A stretch of DNA of 64,000 nt, taken from positions 12,280 through 76,279 of the forward strand of contig JAZTXG010000013.1 in NCBI GenBank assembly GCA_045636365.1. The letters run 5' to 3'. This stretch comes from Eubacteriales bacterium (GTDB taxonomy: Bacteria > Bacillota > Clostridia > Oscillospirales > QAKW01). How positions within the stretch are numbered: position 1 is the stretch's first letter; each line of letters opens with the position of its first letter. Below the pieces are notes generated by a model that was given only the letters and a program-made list of their open reading frames with translations, was not told the DNA's origin and ran no database searches. The position numbers were made by a program, and so were the translations under genes. Shown here piece after piece: positions 1-10,308 of this stretch.

Positions 1-543
1 GGAGAAGATATCCAAGATCCCGCCGCGGCGGGCAAAGCTGCCCCGCCCTTCCACCAGCTCGAAGCAGGAATAGCCCTGCTCGGTCAGCCAGTCGGCAAGC
101 TCGTTGATATCGTATTCCGCGCCTACCTTTAAAGAAAGGGTGGCGGCTTGGGCGGTTTGCTCCGGCGGGGCAATAGGCATCAGCAGCGCCGAAAGGGGCG
201 CTAAAATCAGTTTATAATCCCCCTGCCGCAGCTTGCGTATGGTTTCTGCCTGCTCGCTTTCCCGCTCGCGGGAGCGGGCAGAATAGGTATCGAAAACCAG
301 ATCCCGCTCCGGCAGATAATAGACTTTATCCCCCAAAAGGGCGCGCAGATCCGCGAGAATTTCAGCCACCCCCGCCTCTTCGCGGAGGATGAAAATTCCC
401 TTATCATTCGATTGTTTCAAAAGATGGGCGGCGGCCAACAGGCTTGCTTTGCCCAGCATCCCGCTGAGCGCGGCAGGCTTATCGCCGCCGGCGGGGAGCC
501 CTTGCAGGGCGGGCTCCTGCGCCAGAAGAGATAAAAGATTCAT
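1..543 (-). CDS. mfd: Transcription-repair coupling factor Mfd, N-terminal part (runs off the window edge)
   Basis: Own reverse translation from ATG (rc of 541-543): MNLLSLLAQEPALQGLP...YYLPERDLVFDTYSARSRE...ELVEGRGSFARRGGILDIFS. This resembles the Mfd N-terminus. It lies directly downstream of pth, the usual Firmicute order. It is absent from the ORF track because it has no in-window stop. Confidence 0.6.
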   Translation of the reverse strand, partial: MNLLSLLAQEPALQGLPAGGDKPAALSGMLGKASLLAAAHLLKQSNDKGIFILREEAGVAEILADLRALLGDKVYYLPERDLVFDTYSARSRERESEQAETIRKLRQGDYKLILAPLSALLMPIAPPEQTAQAATLSLKVGAEYDINELADWLTEQGYSCFELVEGRGSFARRGGILDIFS

Positions 544-548
544 CGATT

Positions 549-1139
549 TCACCTATTGAATCGGTTTTGCGCTTTGGCCAGATCCCGCTCCAAAAGCAGG
601 CGGATGGCGCCGGGAACGCTTTCTAAGGCGGGCTTTAGTTTTTCCAGATCGTCCTTGGTGAATTTGCTCAAGACCCAATCCGCCAGATCATAATCGGGAT
701 GCGGCTTTTGGCCCACGCCGATCTTGATCCGCATCAAGTTTTGGTTGCCCAGCACCCGAAGAATGTCCTTGAGGCCGTTATGCCCGCCGTCGCTCCCCTT
801 ATCGCGGATGCGCAGGCGGCCGACCTCCATCGAAATATCGTCGGCAATGACGATGATGTTCTCGGGCGGGATCTTATAATAAGACCCCACTTCGTTGACC
901 GCCCGCCCCGAAAGGTTCATAAAGGTCAGGGGCCGAACAAAGATCAGCTCCATGCCGTTATGGGTGGCTTTGGTCATGGTGGCGGATTTTTGGTTGCCGA
1001 AGGGCTTGGCGCCGAAGTCCTCTTCTAAAATATCCAGCGCCATAAAGCCGATATTATGCCGCGTCTGAACATATTTGGCGCCGGGATTCCCCAGCCCCAC
1101 AATCAGCCAGCGTTCTTTTTTAAACTTATCAAAGAGCAT
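549..1139 (-). CDS. pth: Peptidyl-tRNA hydrolase
   Basis: 196 aa. Motifs LIVGLGNPG..Y..TRHNIGF and GSDGGHNGLK are typical of Pth. Confidence 0.92.
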   Translation of the reverse strand: MLFDKFKKERWLIVGLGNPGAKYVQTRHNIGFMALDILEEDFGAKPFGNQKSATMTKATHNGMELIFVRPLTFMNLSGRAVNEVGSYYKIPPENIIVIADDISMEVGRLRIRDKGSDGGHNGLKDILRVLGNQNLMRIKIGVGQKPHPDYDLADWVLSKFTKDDLEKLKPALESVPGAIRLLLERDLAKAQNRFNR

Positions 1140-1273
1140 TTATTTTTTCAACTCCATTCTAAATAATAAGTTTAGCATAATTAAAATGAAAATTCAATGG
1201 AGATTTATATATTGATTTTTAGCGAAATAAATTATATAATGGTCTTAACTATCGATTAAAGGAACAAAGACAG

Positions 1274-2182
1274 ATGAAATATCAGTTTGAAGATACCAGA
1301 ATGCAGACCGTCGCGGTACCTGCGCGGGTGGTGGATGGCCTGATCGGCATCGCCACCGCGGCGCAATTAAAGGTGCTGCTCTTTTTGCTGCGCTATGATA
1401 AGCTGGCGCACGATAGCGCGTCCATTGCCGCCTTTTGCAATTTGAAGGAAGAGGATGTGGATGCGGCGGTGGATTTTTGGATCAAGGAGCGGGTCTTTGC
1501 CAAGGAGCAGGGCAAGCTGCGGCTGGTCTCGGCGGTCAAAACAGTGCAGCCCAAGGAGCTGCCGCGGGTGCAGCCTACCATTGTTCTGGAGGAGACCGAC
1601 GAAGATTTCCGCGGTCTGATCGGCGAGGTGCAGCGCATCTCGGGCAAGATGATCAATTCCACCATGGTCTCTCTGCTCTATAATATGAGCCAAAACCTGC
1701 ATTTTTCCAATGAGATGATTTTGCAGCTGGTCGCCTATTGCATCAGCATCGATAAATTTACATATCGGTATCTGGAAACGGTGGCGATCGATTGGTACGA
1801 CAGCGGCATCAATACCTTTGAGCTGGCGGAAGAAAAGATCCGCACCTTGGAAAATAACCGCAAGCTGGAGCTGCGGCTGGCGCGCGCCTTTGGCATTGCC
1901 ACCGCATTTTCGGCAAAGCAGCGGGAAGCTATCGCCCAATGGAATGGTTGGGGCTTGACCGAAGAACTCATCTTGGAAGCCTATAACCGCTGCATGGATA
2001 ATAAGGGGCAGATGAGCTTTGCCTATATCGGCAAGATTTTGGAAGAATGGAATAAAATGGGCTGGAAAAAGCCGAGCGATATTCAGGATCTGACCAAGCA
2101 GACCACCGGCAGAGTGCAGCATGAGGGGCTTTCGGATCTGGAGCAATTAGCCATCGCGCGGATGCAGCAAGGAGATAAATAA
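1274..2182 (+). CDS. DnaD-domain replication initiation / membrane attachment protein
   Basis: 302 aa with two DnaD/DnaB_2-like C-terminal repeats (YLETVAIDWYDSGINTFE; AYIGKILEEWNKMGWKKP). Overlaps the next gene (ATGA), forming a dnaD/dnaI-type pair. Confidence 0.75.
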   Translation: MKYQFEDTRMQTVAVPARVVDGLIGIATAAQLKVLLFLLRYDKLAHDSASIAAFCNLKEEDVDAAVDFWIKERVFAKEQGKLRLVSAVKTVQPKELPRVQPTIVLEETDEDFRGLIGEVQRISGKMINSTMVSLLYNMSQNLHFSNEMILQLVAYCISIDKFTYRYLETVAIDWYDSGINTFELAEEKIRTLENNRKLELRLARAFGIATAFSAKQREAIAQWNGWGLTEELILEAYNRCMDNKGQMSFAYIGKILEEWNKMGWKKPSDIQDLTKQTTGRVQHEGLSDLEQLAIARMQQGDK

Positions 2183-3126
2183 TGAGCATAAAAGATAGAT
2201 TATGGCAAGAATTTACATTGCGCCACGCCGAAGCCATCTGGCAGGCGGAGGAGCGCCGCGAGCGCATTTATAAGGAAAACCCTGCCCTTGCCGAGATGGA
2301 GCGCAAGCTTTCGGAATGTGGCTCCCGCTATTGTATGGCGATGGTGAGCGGCGGCGATGTTGCCGCTCTGAAAGAAGAGATGGATCAACTGCAGGTGCAA
2401 AGGGATGCCTTTTTGGCGAGCATCGGCGCGGATTTCGAGCCCCATTTTCAATGCCCCCATTGCCAAGATACCGGTATGGCGGAGGATGGAATGTGCGAAT
2501 GCTTCCGGCGCGAGCTGATCGCGGAAAATTTTCGCCGCTCCAATCTGGACCGTTCCCTTGCGCACCAGACCTTTGAAAATTTTGATCTTTCGTTATATAG
2601 CGATGAGCCGCAAAACGGGCGGTTTTCTCCGCGGCAAAATATGCAGATGATCTTGAACCTCTGCAAGGAATTTGCATCGGATTTTGAGCATCAGGCAAAG
2701 AATCTGCTCTTCACCGGCGCCACCGGATTGGGCAAGACCTATCTTTCCACCGCCATTGCCAAGGCGCTGCTGGAGCAGGGCAAGAGCGTCATCTATATCA
2801 GCGCGCCGGAATTTGCGCGGCGGATCGAAGCCATTCGGTTTAAGGACGAAGAAGGAGAATTGGAGCAGTTTTTTGGTTGCGATCTTCTGATCATCGACGA
2901 TCTGGGGACCGAAAGCCGCACCGGCTATACCATGGCAACCTTGGCGGATATGATCGATCAGCGGCTGCGCGCCGATAAGAAGATCATCTTTTCCACCAAT
3001 CTGAATTTAGACGGCATCCAAAAGGCCTACGATGAGCGGATCGTTTCCCGCCTGCTGGGGCATTTTGCCTATTGCCATTTCTATGGCGAGGATCTGCGGA
3101 TCAAAGCCTTTAAAGAGGGAAGATAA
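2182..3126 (+). CDS. DnaC/DnaI-like helicase-loader ATPase
   Basis: 314 aa. Cys cluster CPHCQDTG..CEC, Walker A GATGLGKTYL, Walker B LLIIDDLG. Confidence 0.78.
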   Translation: MSIKDRLWQEFTLRHAEAIWQAEERRERIYKENPALAEMERKLSECGSRYCMAMVSGGDVAALKEEMDQLQVQRDAFLASIGADFEPHFQCPHCQDTGMAEDGMCECFRRELIAENFRRSNLDRSLAHQTFENFDLSLYSDEPQNGRFSPRQNMQMILNLCKEFASDFEHQAKNLLFTGATGLGKTYLSTAIAKALLEQGKSVIYISAPEFARRIEAIRFKDEEGELEQFFGCDLLIIDDLGTESRTGYTMATLADMIDQRLRADKKIIFSTNLNLDGIQKAYDERIVSRLLGHFAYCHFYGEDLRIKAFKEGR

Positions 3127-3872
3127 TGGAAAATTTTGCAGCGTTTGATCAATTGGATGATCTGCAGCTGGGCGGCTGGTGCCTTTGGCAAAACAGCCGC
3201 TTTTTCCGTTTCGGTACCGATGGGGTGTTGCTGGCGGATTTCGCCCGCCTGACCCCTAAGGAAAAGCTGATGGACCTCTGCAGCGGGACAGGGATTGTAC
3301 CCTTTTTGCTGCTGGCGCGGGGGGATTGCCGAGAGGCCGATGCGCTGGAGCTGCAGCCCTATCTCTGCCGCTTAATGGAGCGGAGCGCGGAGTATAACCA
3401 TTGCACCGATCGGGTGAAAATCATCGAAGGGGATCTTTGCAAGATTAAGGAATTGGCGCAGGGCGGATGCTATGATGTGGTCACCGTCAATCCGCCCTAT
3501 GAGCCGCTGGGCAGGGGTGTTTTGGGGAGCAATCCCCATCGGGAATTGGCGCGGCGCGAGGTTGCTTGCAATCTGGAGCAAATTCTTTCTGCGGCGGCGT
3601 ACCTGCTCAAGCCCCAAGGGCGGCTGGTGATGGTGCATCGCCCCTTCCGCCTGCCCGAATTGATGGAATTGATGCGAAAATATCGGTTAGCGCCCTCCCG
3701 CATGCAGTTGGTGCAGGGGCACGCCGAGGAGCGACCCGCGTTGGTCTTGATGGAAGGCATCTATCAGAGCAAGCGGGAGCTGGTGGTGGAACCCAATTTT
3801 ATTCTTCATCGGCAGGATGGAGAGATGACCGACGCATTATTAAAGATTTATCGAAGGGAGCGAAAGGAATGA
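3126..3872 (+). CDS. SAM-dependent methyltransferase, tRNA (adenine-N6) TrmN6/YfiC-like
   Basis: 248 aa. SAM-binding motif DLCSGTG and catalytic NPPY (VTVNPPYEP). Confidence 0.7.
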   Translation: MENFAAFDQLDDLQLGGWCLWQNSRFFRFGTDGVLLADFARLTPKEKLMDLCSGTGIVPFLLLARGDCREADALELQPYLCRLMERSAEYNHCTDRVKIIEGDLCKIKELAQGGCYDVVTVNPPYEPLGRGVLGSNPHRELARREVACNLEQILSAAAYLLKPQGRLVMVHRPFRLPELMELMRKYRLAPSRMQLVQGHAEERPALVLMEGIYQSKRELVVEPNFILHRQDGEMTDALLKIYRRERKE

Positions 3873-4705
3873 ACGAGCCTGTTTTATATTTGGTGGGGAC
3901 CCCCATCGGCAATCTGGGCGATCTTTCGCCCCGCTGCAAAGAAATCTTGGAAACGGTGGATTTCATCGCCGCCGAAGATACCCGCAATACCTTGAAATTA
4001 TTGAACCATCTCGGCATCAAAAAGCCGATGATCAGTTATTTTGAGCATAATAAGCGAGAGCGGGGGATGGAGATTCTCTCCCGCATCCGCGAGGGCAAGA
4101 CCTGCGCTCTGGTCACCGATGCGGGGATGCCCGGCATCAGCGATCCGGGGGAGGATCTGGTGCAGTTGCTCTATGAAGAGGGGTATACCGTTTCGGTGGT
4201 GCCCGGCCCTTGCGCGCTGATTGCCGCACTGGTGCTTTCGGGATTGCCCACAGGGCGGTTTTCCTTCCAAGGCTTTTTATCCACCACCAAAAAGAACCGC
4301 CGCGAGCATTTGGAGGGAATCCGCTATGCCAAGGAAACGCTGATCTTCTATGAGGCGCCCCAAAAACTGCGTGGCACCTTGCAGGATCTTTTGGAACTGA
4401 TGGGGGATCGCCGCATCGCCCTTTGCCGCGAACTGACCAAGCTGCACGAAACGGTGCAGCGGGGCAGCATCTCCGAGATGATCGCTTTTTATGAGCAAAA
4501 CGATCCCCGCGGCGAATATGTCTTGGTGTTGGAAGGGGCAAAGGAAGAAGCCCCCCAAGAGGTCTTTTGGGAAAAGCTTTCTCCCGCCGCCCATGTGGAC
4601 TATTATGTCCAGACCGGGATGACAAAAAAAGAGGCTATCAAGGCGGCCGCGAATGATAGAGGGGTTGCAAAAAGCGAAATATACAACGAAGTGATGAAAA
4701 AATAA
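3869..4705 (+). CDS. rsmI: 16S rRNA (cytidine1402-2'-O)-methyltransferase
   Basis: In-frame ATG at 3869 gives MNEPVLYLVGTPIGNLGDLSPR..EDTR, the canonical RsmI N-terminus. It overlaps the upstream stop by 4 nt. The longer 3566 start in the track is a Gly/Ala/Arg-rich artefact. Confidence 0.9.
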   Translation: MNEPVLYLVGTPIGNLGDLSPRCKEILETVDFIAAEDTRNTLKLLNHLGIKKPMISYFEHNKRERGMEILSRIREGKTCALVTDAGMPGISDPGEDLVQLLYEEGYTVSVVPGPCALIAALVLSGLPTGRFSFQGFLSTTKKNRREHLEGIRYAKETLIFYEAPQKLRGTLQDLLELMGDRRIALCRELTKLHETVQRGSISEMIAFYEQNDPRGEYVLVLEGAKEEAPQEVFWEKLSPAAHVDYYVQTGMTKKEAIKAAANDRGVAKSEIYNEVMKK

Positions 4706-4736
4706 AAAAAGAACCTGCGAGGCAGGTTCTTTTTTT
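4704..4736. terminator. Bidirectional rho-independent terminator between rsmI and cysS
   Basis: Stem gaacctgc/gcaggttc (4711-4729), flanked by an A-run and a T-run. Confidence 0.7.
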
Positions 4737-4737
4737 A

Positions 4738-6135
4738 TTACTGTTTCATCAAAATTTTTACGCCTTCCTTTGTGTCTTCTAATGCTACGCCCATGGCAGT
4801 CAGTTGGGCGCGGATCTCGTCGGCGCGGGCGAAATCCTTGGCGGCGCGGGCGGCGGTACGCTCTTCCACCAGCGCTTTGATTTCTTCGGGGATCTCCACA
4901 TCTTGCTCGCCCTGAATGATATTCAGAACGTTTGTCAATTCGTCAAACATGGCTTTGAGCTGATTGAGAAATGCGAGAGAATGGGTATCCGCCAGCTGGG
5001 TATTGATCCAGCGCGCCAGATCGAAGATGGTGCTCAAGGCATCGGCGGTGTTGAGATCGTCGTCCATCTTTTCGATGAATTTCTCCTTGAAGGCGGTCAG
5101 TTCGGAAAGCAATGCCTCTTCTTCGGCGGTCAGCTTGCCGCTTGCGGTTTTGAGGGCGTATTCCAGATTATTCTTGGTGGTATACAGCCGCTGCAGGCCC
5201 GCCTTGGCGGCTTCCAGAACATCCTTGCTGTAGTTGATGGGGCTGCGGTAATGGGAAGAGAGCATAAACAGGCGGATGGTTTCGTAGCCATAGGCTGCGG
5301 CGGCATCCCGCACAGTGAAGAAGTTGCCTGCCGATTTACTCATCTTGCGGTTATCCACATTGATATGACCGTTATGCAGCCAATAATGGGCAAAGTCGCA
5401 GCCGTTGGCGGCTTCGCTTTGGGCGATTTCGTTTTCGTGGTGTGGGAAGATCAGGTCCACACCGCCGCAATGGATATCGATGGTCTTACCGAGGAACTTG
5501 CAGGCCATCGCCGAGCATTCAATGTGCCAGCCGGGGCGACCCAAGCCCCAAGGAGATTGCCACGCAGGCTCGCCTTTTTTTGCCGCCTTCCAGACGGCGA
5601 AATCCATCGGATCCTTCTTCATATCGTTGACATCGATCCGCGCGCCGCTTTCCAGCTGATCCATCGGCAGATGGGAGAGTTTGCCGTAGCCTTCAAATTT
5701 CTTGGTGGAATAGAAAACATCCCCGCCCGATTCATAGGCATAGCCCTTTTCGATCAGGCTTTCGATGATCTTGATGATATCGTCGATGCAATGGGTGGCG
5801 CGGGGATGGATGGTGGCGCGAACCACACCCAAGCCTTGCGCGTCGGTGAAGTATTCATCGATATAGCGGTCGCCCAGCTCGGCAAGGGTGATCCCTTCTT
5901 CGTTGGATTTTTTGATCATCTTATCGTCTACATCGGTGAAGTTTTGGACAAATTTGACCTTATAACCGCGGTATTCAAAATAGCGGCGAAGCACATCGAA
6001 GGTGATGAAGGGGCGAGCATTACCGATATGGAAAAAGTTATAAACGGTGGGCCCGCAGGCATACATCAGCACCTTGCCGGGGGTGATGGGAACAAATTCT
6101 TCTTTGGTTCGGGTTAAAGTATTGTATAATTTCAT
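4738..6135 (-). CDS. cysS: Cysteine--tRNA ligase
   Basis: 465 aa. Class I motifs HIGNARP (HIGH) and KMSKS are present. Confidence 0.95.
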   Translation of the reverse strand: MKLYNTLTRTKEEFVPITPGKVLMYACGPTVYNFFHIGNARPFITFDVLRRYFEYRGYKVKFVQNFTDVDDKMIKKSNEEGITLAELGDRYIDEYFTDAQGLGVVRATIHPRATHCIDDIIKIIESLIEKGYAYESGGDVFYSTKKFEGYGKLSHLPMDQLESGARIDVNDMKKDPMDFAVWKAAKKGEPAWQSPWGLGRPGWHIECSAMACKFLGKTIDIHCGGVDLIFPHHENEIAQSEAANGCDFAHYWLHNGHINVDNRKMSKSAGNFFTVRDAAAAYGYETIRLFMLSSHYRSPINYSKDVLEAAKAGLQRLYTTKNNLEYALKTASGKLTAEEEALLSELTAFKEKFIEKMDDDLNTADALSTIFDLARWINTQLADTHSLAFLNQLKAMFDELTNVLNIIQGEQDVEIPEEIKALVEERTAARAAKDFARADEIRAQLTAMGVALEDTKEGVKILMKQ

Positions 6136-6768
6136 TTATTTTTCCTCCAATTTCTTCTCTAATTCCTTGATCTTTTTGGAAAGGCGCGCCAGCTCCTGCG
6201 CCACAGGGTCGGGGATATGGACCTGATCCAAAGGATCGCTCTCCACCCGCTTGCCGTTCTGCCGAATCACCTTGGCGGGAACCCCCACCGCGGTGGAATG
6301 GGGCGGGATGGCTTCCAGCACCACCGCATTGGCAGCGATCTTGCTATGGCTGCCGATGGTGAAGGGGCCTAAGATCTTTGCACCGCTGCCTACCATCACA
6401 TAGTCTTCCAAGGTGGGGTGGCGCTTGCCGTTCTCTTTGCCGGTACCGCCCAAGGTCACACCCTGATAGAGCAGGCAGTAATCGCCGATGACCGTGGTCT
6501 CACCGATGACAATGCCGGTGCCGTGGTCGATGCAGAGCCCCTTGCCGATCTTGGCGGCGGGATGGATCTCCACACCGGTGCGGAATTTGGCATATTGGGA
6601 GACCCAGCGGGCCAGAAAATAGCGTTTATGGCGGTAGAGCCAATGGGATAGGCGGTAGAAAAGCACCGCATGAAAGCCGTTATAGAGCAAAAAGATCTCG
6701 GCTTTGCTGCGGGCGGCGGGGTCGCGCTCTTTAAAAGCGTTCAGATCCTCGCGAATTTTCTTAAACAT
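6136..6768 (-). CDS. cysE: Serine O-acetyltransferase
   Basis: Hexapeptide-repeat acetyltransferase (IHPAAKIGKG..IDHGTGIVIGETTVIGD). Start chosen at MFKKIRED, which has GGAGG 5 nt upstream. Confidence 0.9.
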   Translation of the reverse strand: MFKKIREDLNAFKERDPAARSKAEIFLLYNGFHAVLFYRLSHWLYRHKRYFLARWVSQYAKFRTGVEIHPAAKIGKGLCIDHGTGIVIGETTVIGDYCLLYQGVTLGGTGKENGKRHPTLEDYVMVGSGAKILGPFTIGSHSKIAANAVVLEAIPPHSTAVGVPAKVIRQNGKRVESDPLDQVHIPDPVAQELARLSKKIKELEKKLEEK

Positions 6769-6784
6769 AAAAACCTCCAAATAA

Positions 6785-6990
6785 ATAAAAAAGCCTTCGC
6801 TGCCTTTTTAGGCAGCGAAGGCGTAGAATTTACGCGGTTCCACTTCGCATTTATCACTCATCAGCCGATAACGGCGGCCTGCCGCTCCCCACTATCGCAA
6901 GGAGAAACTACCGCAAAACGCACGCTTCAAAAGAGTTCTCTATCGGGCTTGCAGCCGATGGCACCGATTCTCTGGAAAAAGAAGGCTCTT
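6785..6990 (-). promoter_or_regulatory. T-box leader upstream of cysE-cysS (candidate Cys specifier UGC)
   Basis: On the minus strand: an AGAGA stem-I element (ccagagaatcggtgcc), gaagcgUGCg in the candidate specifier region, T-box core gaaGTGGAACCGCG, then terminator gccttcgctgcc-taaaaa-ggcagcgaaggc followed by ttttttatt. Confidence 0.75.
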
Positions 6991-7176
6991 CCTACTATTT
7001 TTGCGGGAAGGATAAAATCCTTTAAATATTATAAAGGAAACGGTTTAAAAATGCAAGTATTTTAAAAAATTCTGTTTTTTTCAAAAATCTTCACACTTTT
7101 TTCATACCTTTGCGTTAAAATATGGTATACTATGGATATTAAGGGAAATTCAAATCCGCCTCAAAGGAGAACATGA

Positions 7177-8508
7177 ATGGATCAAAATAACAATTATAAT
7201 CATATCCCCGAGGGTGCGCCGACAGCGGAGCAACCGATTTACCATTATACTCGACCCGAGCAGAATGTTGCTCCCGAACCGCCGCAGTATGAACCGCCGC
7301 GGTATGAAGCGCCGCAGCCGCCTCAAAAGGAGCCCGAAAAGCCGCTGACCAAAAAAGCGCTCATTCCCCTGCTGGCAGGGGTGGCCGCCCTCTCTTTGGT
7401 GCTGGGTTTAGCGGGTGGTGCGATCGGCGCGCGTCTTTGGAATAAGGAAGAGATTATCCCCGAAGGCACAGCGGTGGTCTATCAAACCACCAAACTGAAG
7501 GATGCCGACGGCAAGACTGCGAAAGACACCCTGACCATTCCCGAGGTGGCAGAACTTGTGAAGAACAGCGTGGTGGAGATCACCACCGAGCAGATCGTCA
7601 CCGGCTCCTTTATGCAGCAGTATGTCAGCGAAGGGGCGGGCAGCGGTGTCCTCATCACCGCCGATGGCTATATTGTCACCAACCATCATGTCATCGATGG
7701 CGCTACCAATATCAACGTTCGCCTTGCCGATGGCAAGGAGCATAAAGCCAAGCTGATCGGCAGCGATGCCAAAACCGATCTGGCGGTCATCAAGATCGAT
7801 GCCAAGGAATTAAAACCGGCCGCCGTCGGCGCATCTTCCGAGCTGTTGGTGGGCGAAGAGGTGGTCGCGGTGGGCAACCCGCTGGGCAAGCTGGGCGGCA
7901 CGGTCACCCAAGGCATCATCAGCGCTTTGGATCGCGAGATCACCATTGATAATACAACGATGCGGCTGCTGCAGACCGATACCGCCATCAACCCCGGCAA
8001 TTCCGGCGGCGGAATGTTTAATACCAGCGGTCAGTTGGTGGGTATCATCAACGCCAAATCCGCCGGCGAAGAGATCGAAGGTTTGGGCTTTGCCATCCCC
8101 ATCGATACTGCCAAGGCGGTGGTCGAGGATCTGATCGGCCATGGCTATGTGACCGGGCGGGTCGATCCCGGCTTTGTCTTTGTCGAGATCAATGATACCA
8201 TGACCGCGATGATGTATCGCGTCAATGAGCTGGGGCTTTATATTTCCTCGGTTGGCGAAGGGTCTGACGCGGAAAAAGCAGGCTTTAAGTCCGGCGACTA
8301 TGTCCTTAAAATCGAGGGCAAGGAGATCTCCACCGAGGCGGAGGCCAACGCAGCGATCGATGGCAAAAAAGTGGGCGAAACTCTGACTGTCGTCGTCAAA
8401 CGCAACGGGCAGGAAAAATCCATCACCCTGACCCTTTCGGAGTATGCACCCAAAGAGGAAGAGAAGCAGACCTCGGCATCTCCCTTTGATAATCCGTTTT
8501 TTAACTAA
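7177..8508 (+). CDS. HtrA/DegP-family serine protease with C-terminal PDZ, membrane anchored
   Basis: 443 aa. Pro-rich N-terminus, one TM segment, catalytic triad context TNHHVI / DLAVIKI / GNSGGG, and a PDZ-like C-terminus. Confidence 0.9.
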   Translation: MDQNNNYNHIPEGAPTAEQPIYHYTRPEQNVAPEPPQYEPPRYEAPQPPQKEPEKPLTKKALIPLLAGVAALSLVLGLAGGAIGARLWNKEEIIPEGTAVVYQTTKLKDADGKTAKDTLTIPEVAELVKNSVVEITTEQIVTGSFMQQYVSEGAGSGVLITADGYIVTNHHVIDGATNINVRLADGKEHKAKLIGSDAKTDLAVIKIDAKELKPAAVGASSELLVGEEVVAVGNPLGKLGGTVTQGIISALDREITIDNTTMRLLQTDTAINPGNSGGGMFNTSGQLVGIINAKSAGEEIEGLGFAIPIDTAKAVVEDLIGHGYVTGRVDPGFVFVEINDTMTAMMYRVNELGLYISSVGEGSDAEKAGFKSGDYVLKIEGKEISTEAEANAAIDGKKVGETLTVVVKRNGQEKSITLTLSEYAPKEEEKQTSASPFDNPFFN

Positions 8509-8547
8509 AAAAACCCCGCGCTGCATTTGCACCGGGGGAATATTTTT

Positions 8548-9045
8548 TTAAATTTCGTCTTCGGGCGGGGCAATGCGGGCCAGCGAATAGTTGGAATAAT
8601 CGGGGTCGTCGGTCACCTCGCGCAAAACGCGGATGAAGGGCGGAAAAGTAATCTCTTCGTCTTCATTCTGCAGCTCCACTTCCATAATTGCCTGGCGATT
8701 CCAAAAGGGGAAGATATCGATCTCAAAAAGGTGGTCGCCGTAGGGGAGGCAATAGCGCATCTTATGAATGGTCTGGCGGCGGGGGTCGCGGGTGGCTAAG
8801 CGGCGATTATATTCATCCTCGGTCAGTTGGCGTTCCAATTCCAGCCGCTTGACAGAAGAAATCGTTCGCTTGGCGGTCTCAATATAGGAAACCTGCCCCT
8901 TTTCTTCCAGACGCCGCACCCGCACCGTTCCTTCGGTGGAGCTCAGATAGGTCTGGGAGATCTTTTGGATTCTGCAAAGGGTGGCTAAATTGAGCAGATC
9001 CGGCCGCGTGATCAGAAATTTACGTTCGATCTCATAAGGCACCAT
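8548..9045 (-). CDS. CYTH-domain protein (triphosphate tunnel metalloenzyme)
   Basis: N-terminal EIERKFL signature of CYTH/CyaB-ThTPase. ATG at 9045 has GGAGG 5 nt upstream. Confidence 0.75.
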   Translation of the reverse strand: MVPYEIERKFLITRPDLLNLATLCRIQKISQTYLSSTEGTVRVRRLEEKGQVSYIETAKRTISSVKRLELERQLTEDEYNRRLATRDPRRQTIHKMRYCLPYGDHLFEIDIFPFWNRQAIMEVELQNEDEEITFPPFIRVLREVTDDPDYSNYSLARIAPPEDEI

Positions 9046-9165
9046 ATACACCTCCTTTTAAATTATATTATATAGAAAATTATGAGAAATGCAAGAAAAA
9101 TTGACAATATTTGTGTTAAAATGGTATTATAATAGCAAGAATTTCGAAAAAAAGGGGGCGGAATA

Positions 9166-10299
9166 ATGAAAATCACCATTCCTTCGGGCATCTCCGCCCT
9201 CTTGGAACGATTGGAGCAGGCGGGATATGAAGCCTATCTGGTGGGCGGCTGCGTACGAGATGCCTATATGGGCATTGCTCCGCAGGATTATGACATCACC
9301 ACCTCGGCGCTCCCCGAGCAGACCAAAGAGGTGTTCCGCGATGCGCGGGTGATCGAGACCGGGCTGGCCCACGGCACCCTGACGGTGCTGACCGATTGCG
9401 GTCCGGTGGAGATCACCACCTATCGGCAGGACGGCGATTATTCCGACCACCGCCACCCCGACGCGGTCTATTTCACCCGCTCGCTGAAAGAGGACCTTGC
9501 CCGCCGCGATTTCACCATCAACGCCATGGCGATGGATCGGCGGCAGAATTTGGTAGACCTTTTTGGCGGCAGGGCGGATATTGATGCCAAAATCATTCGT
9601 TGCGTGGGGGAAGCGGAGCGGCGGTTTGAAGAGGATGCTTTGCGGATTATGCGGGGGCTGCGGTTTGCCGCGCGCTTCGGCTTTTCCTTGGAGGCACAGA
9701 CCCATCGGGCAATGCAGAGCAAAAAAGACCTCTTGAAAACCGTCGCGGCGGAGCGGATCTTTGCCGAACTTTGCGGGCTATTAAAGGGGGCCTATGCTGC
9801 CGATTTGATGGAGAAGTATCAGGATATGGTGCGGGTGATTCTGCCCGAAATGCAAGCGTGCCATCGGCTGGCATTGCTGCCGCCCGATTCCGCTATGCGG
9901 CTGGCAGCTTTATTGGAAAAGGATTCCGCCGCGGCAGCGTTGGCGCGCTTGAAGGCACCCAATGCTTTTAAGCGGACGGTGTTGATGCTGCTGGAACATC
10001 AAGAAATCCCGCAGCCCGAGGCGGAGCGGGAATTGTACCGCTTAGCGATTGCCTTGGGCGCTGAAAATTTGCAAATCCTTTATGCTTGGCGGGGCTGGGC
10101 AATGGCACCGCTGACCGCATTTTTGGCAAAGAACCCCTGCCTGAATATCTGCACCCTTGCCATCGACGGCAAGGAACTGATGGCATTGGGGTTGCAAGGC
10201 ACCGCCATCGGCGAAGCCCAAAAATACCTGCTGGAGCTGGTGGCGGAAGGGTTGCCAAACGAAAAAGAAAACTTAATCAATGCAATCAAAAACCGATGA
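9166..10299 (+). CDS. cca: CCA-adding tRNA nucleotidyltransferase (short form)
   Basis: 377 aa. Motifs YLVGGCVRD, DYDITT and RRDFTINAM are characteristic of class II nucleotidyltransferases. Confidence 0.85.
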   Translation: MKITIPSGISALLERLEQAGYEAYLVGGCVRDAYMGIAPQDYDITTSALPEQTKEVFRDARVIETGLAHGTLTVLTDCGPVEITTYRQDGDYSDHRHPDAVYFTRSLKEDLARRDFTINAMAMDRRQNLVDLFGGRADIDAKIIRCVGEAERRFEEDALRIMRGLRFAARFGFSLEAQTHRAMQSKKDLLKTVAAERIFAELCGLLKGAYAADLMEKYQDMVRVILPEMQACHRLALLPPDSAMRLAALLEKDSAAAALARLKAPNAFKRTVLMLLEHQEIPQPEAERELYRLAIALGAENLQILYAWRGWAMAPLTAFLAKNPCLNICTLAIDGKELMALGLQGTAIGEAQKYLLELVAEGLPNEKENLINAIKNR

Positions 10300-10308
10300 T
10301 GCATCGCA

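Noticed and set aside
3566-3868. 101-codon N-terminal extension of rsmI in the track ORF
   Set aside because: The extension overlaps the methyltransferase gene in another frame and is Ala/Gly/Arg-rich. The canonical RsmI N-terminus begins at the ATG at 3869.
4804-6117. 437-aa plus-strand ORF
   Set aside because: It is fully antisense to cysS, which has unambiguous HIGH/KMSKS motifs. Its translation is Gly/Ala/Val-rich with no motif.
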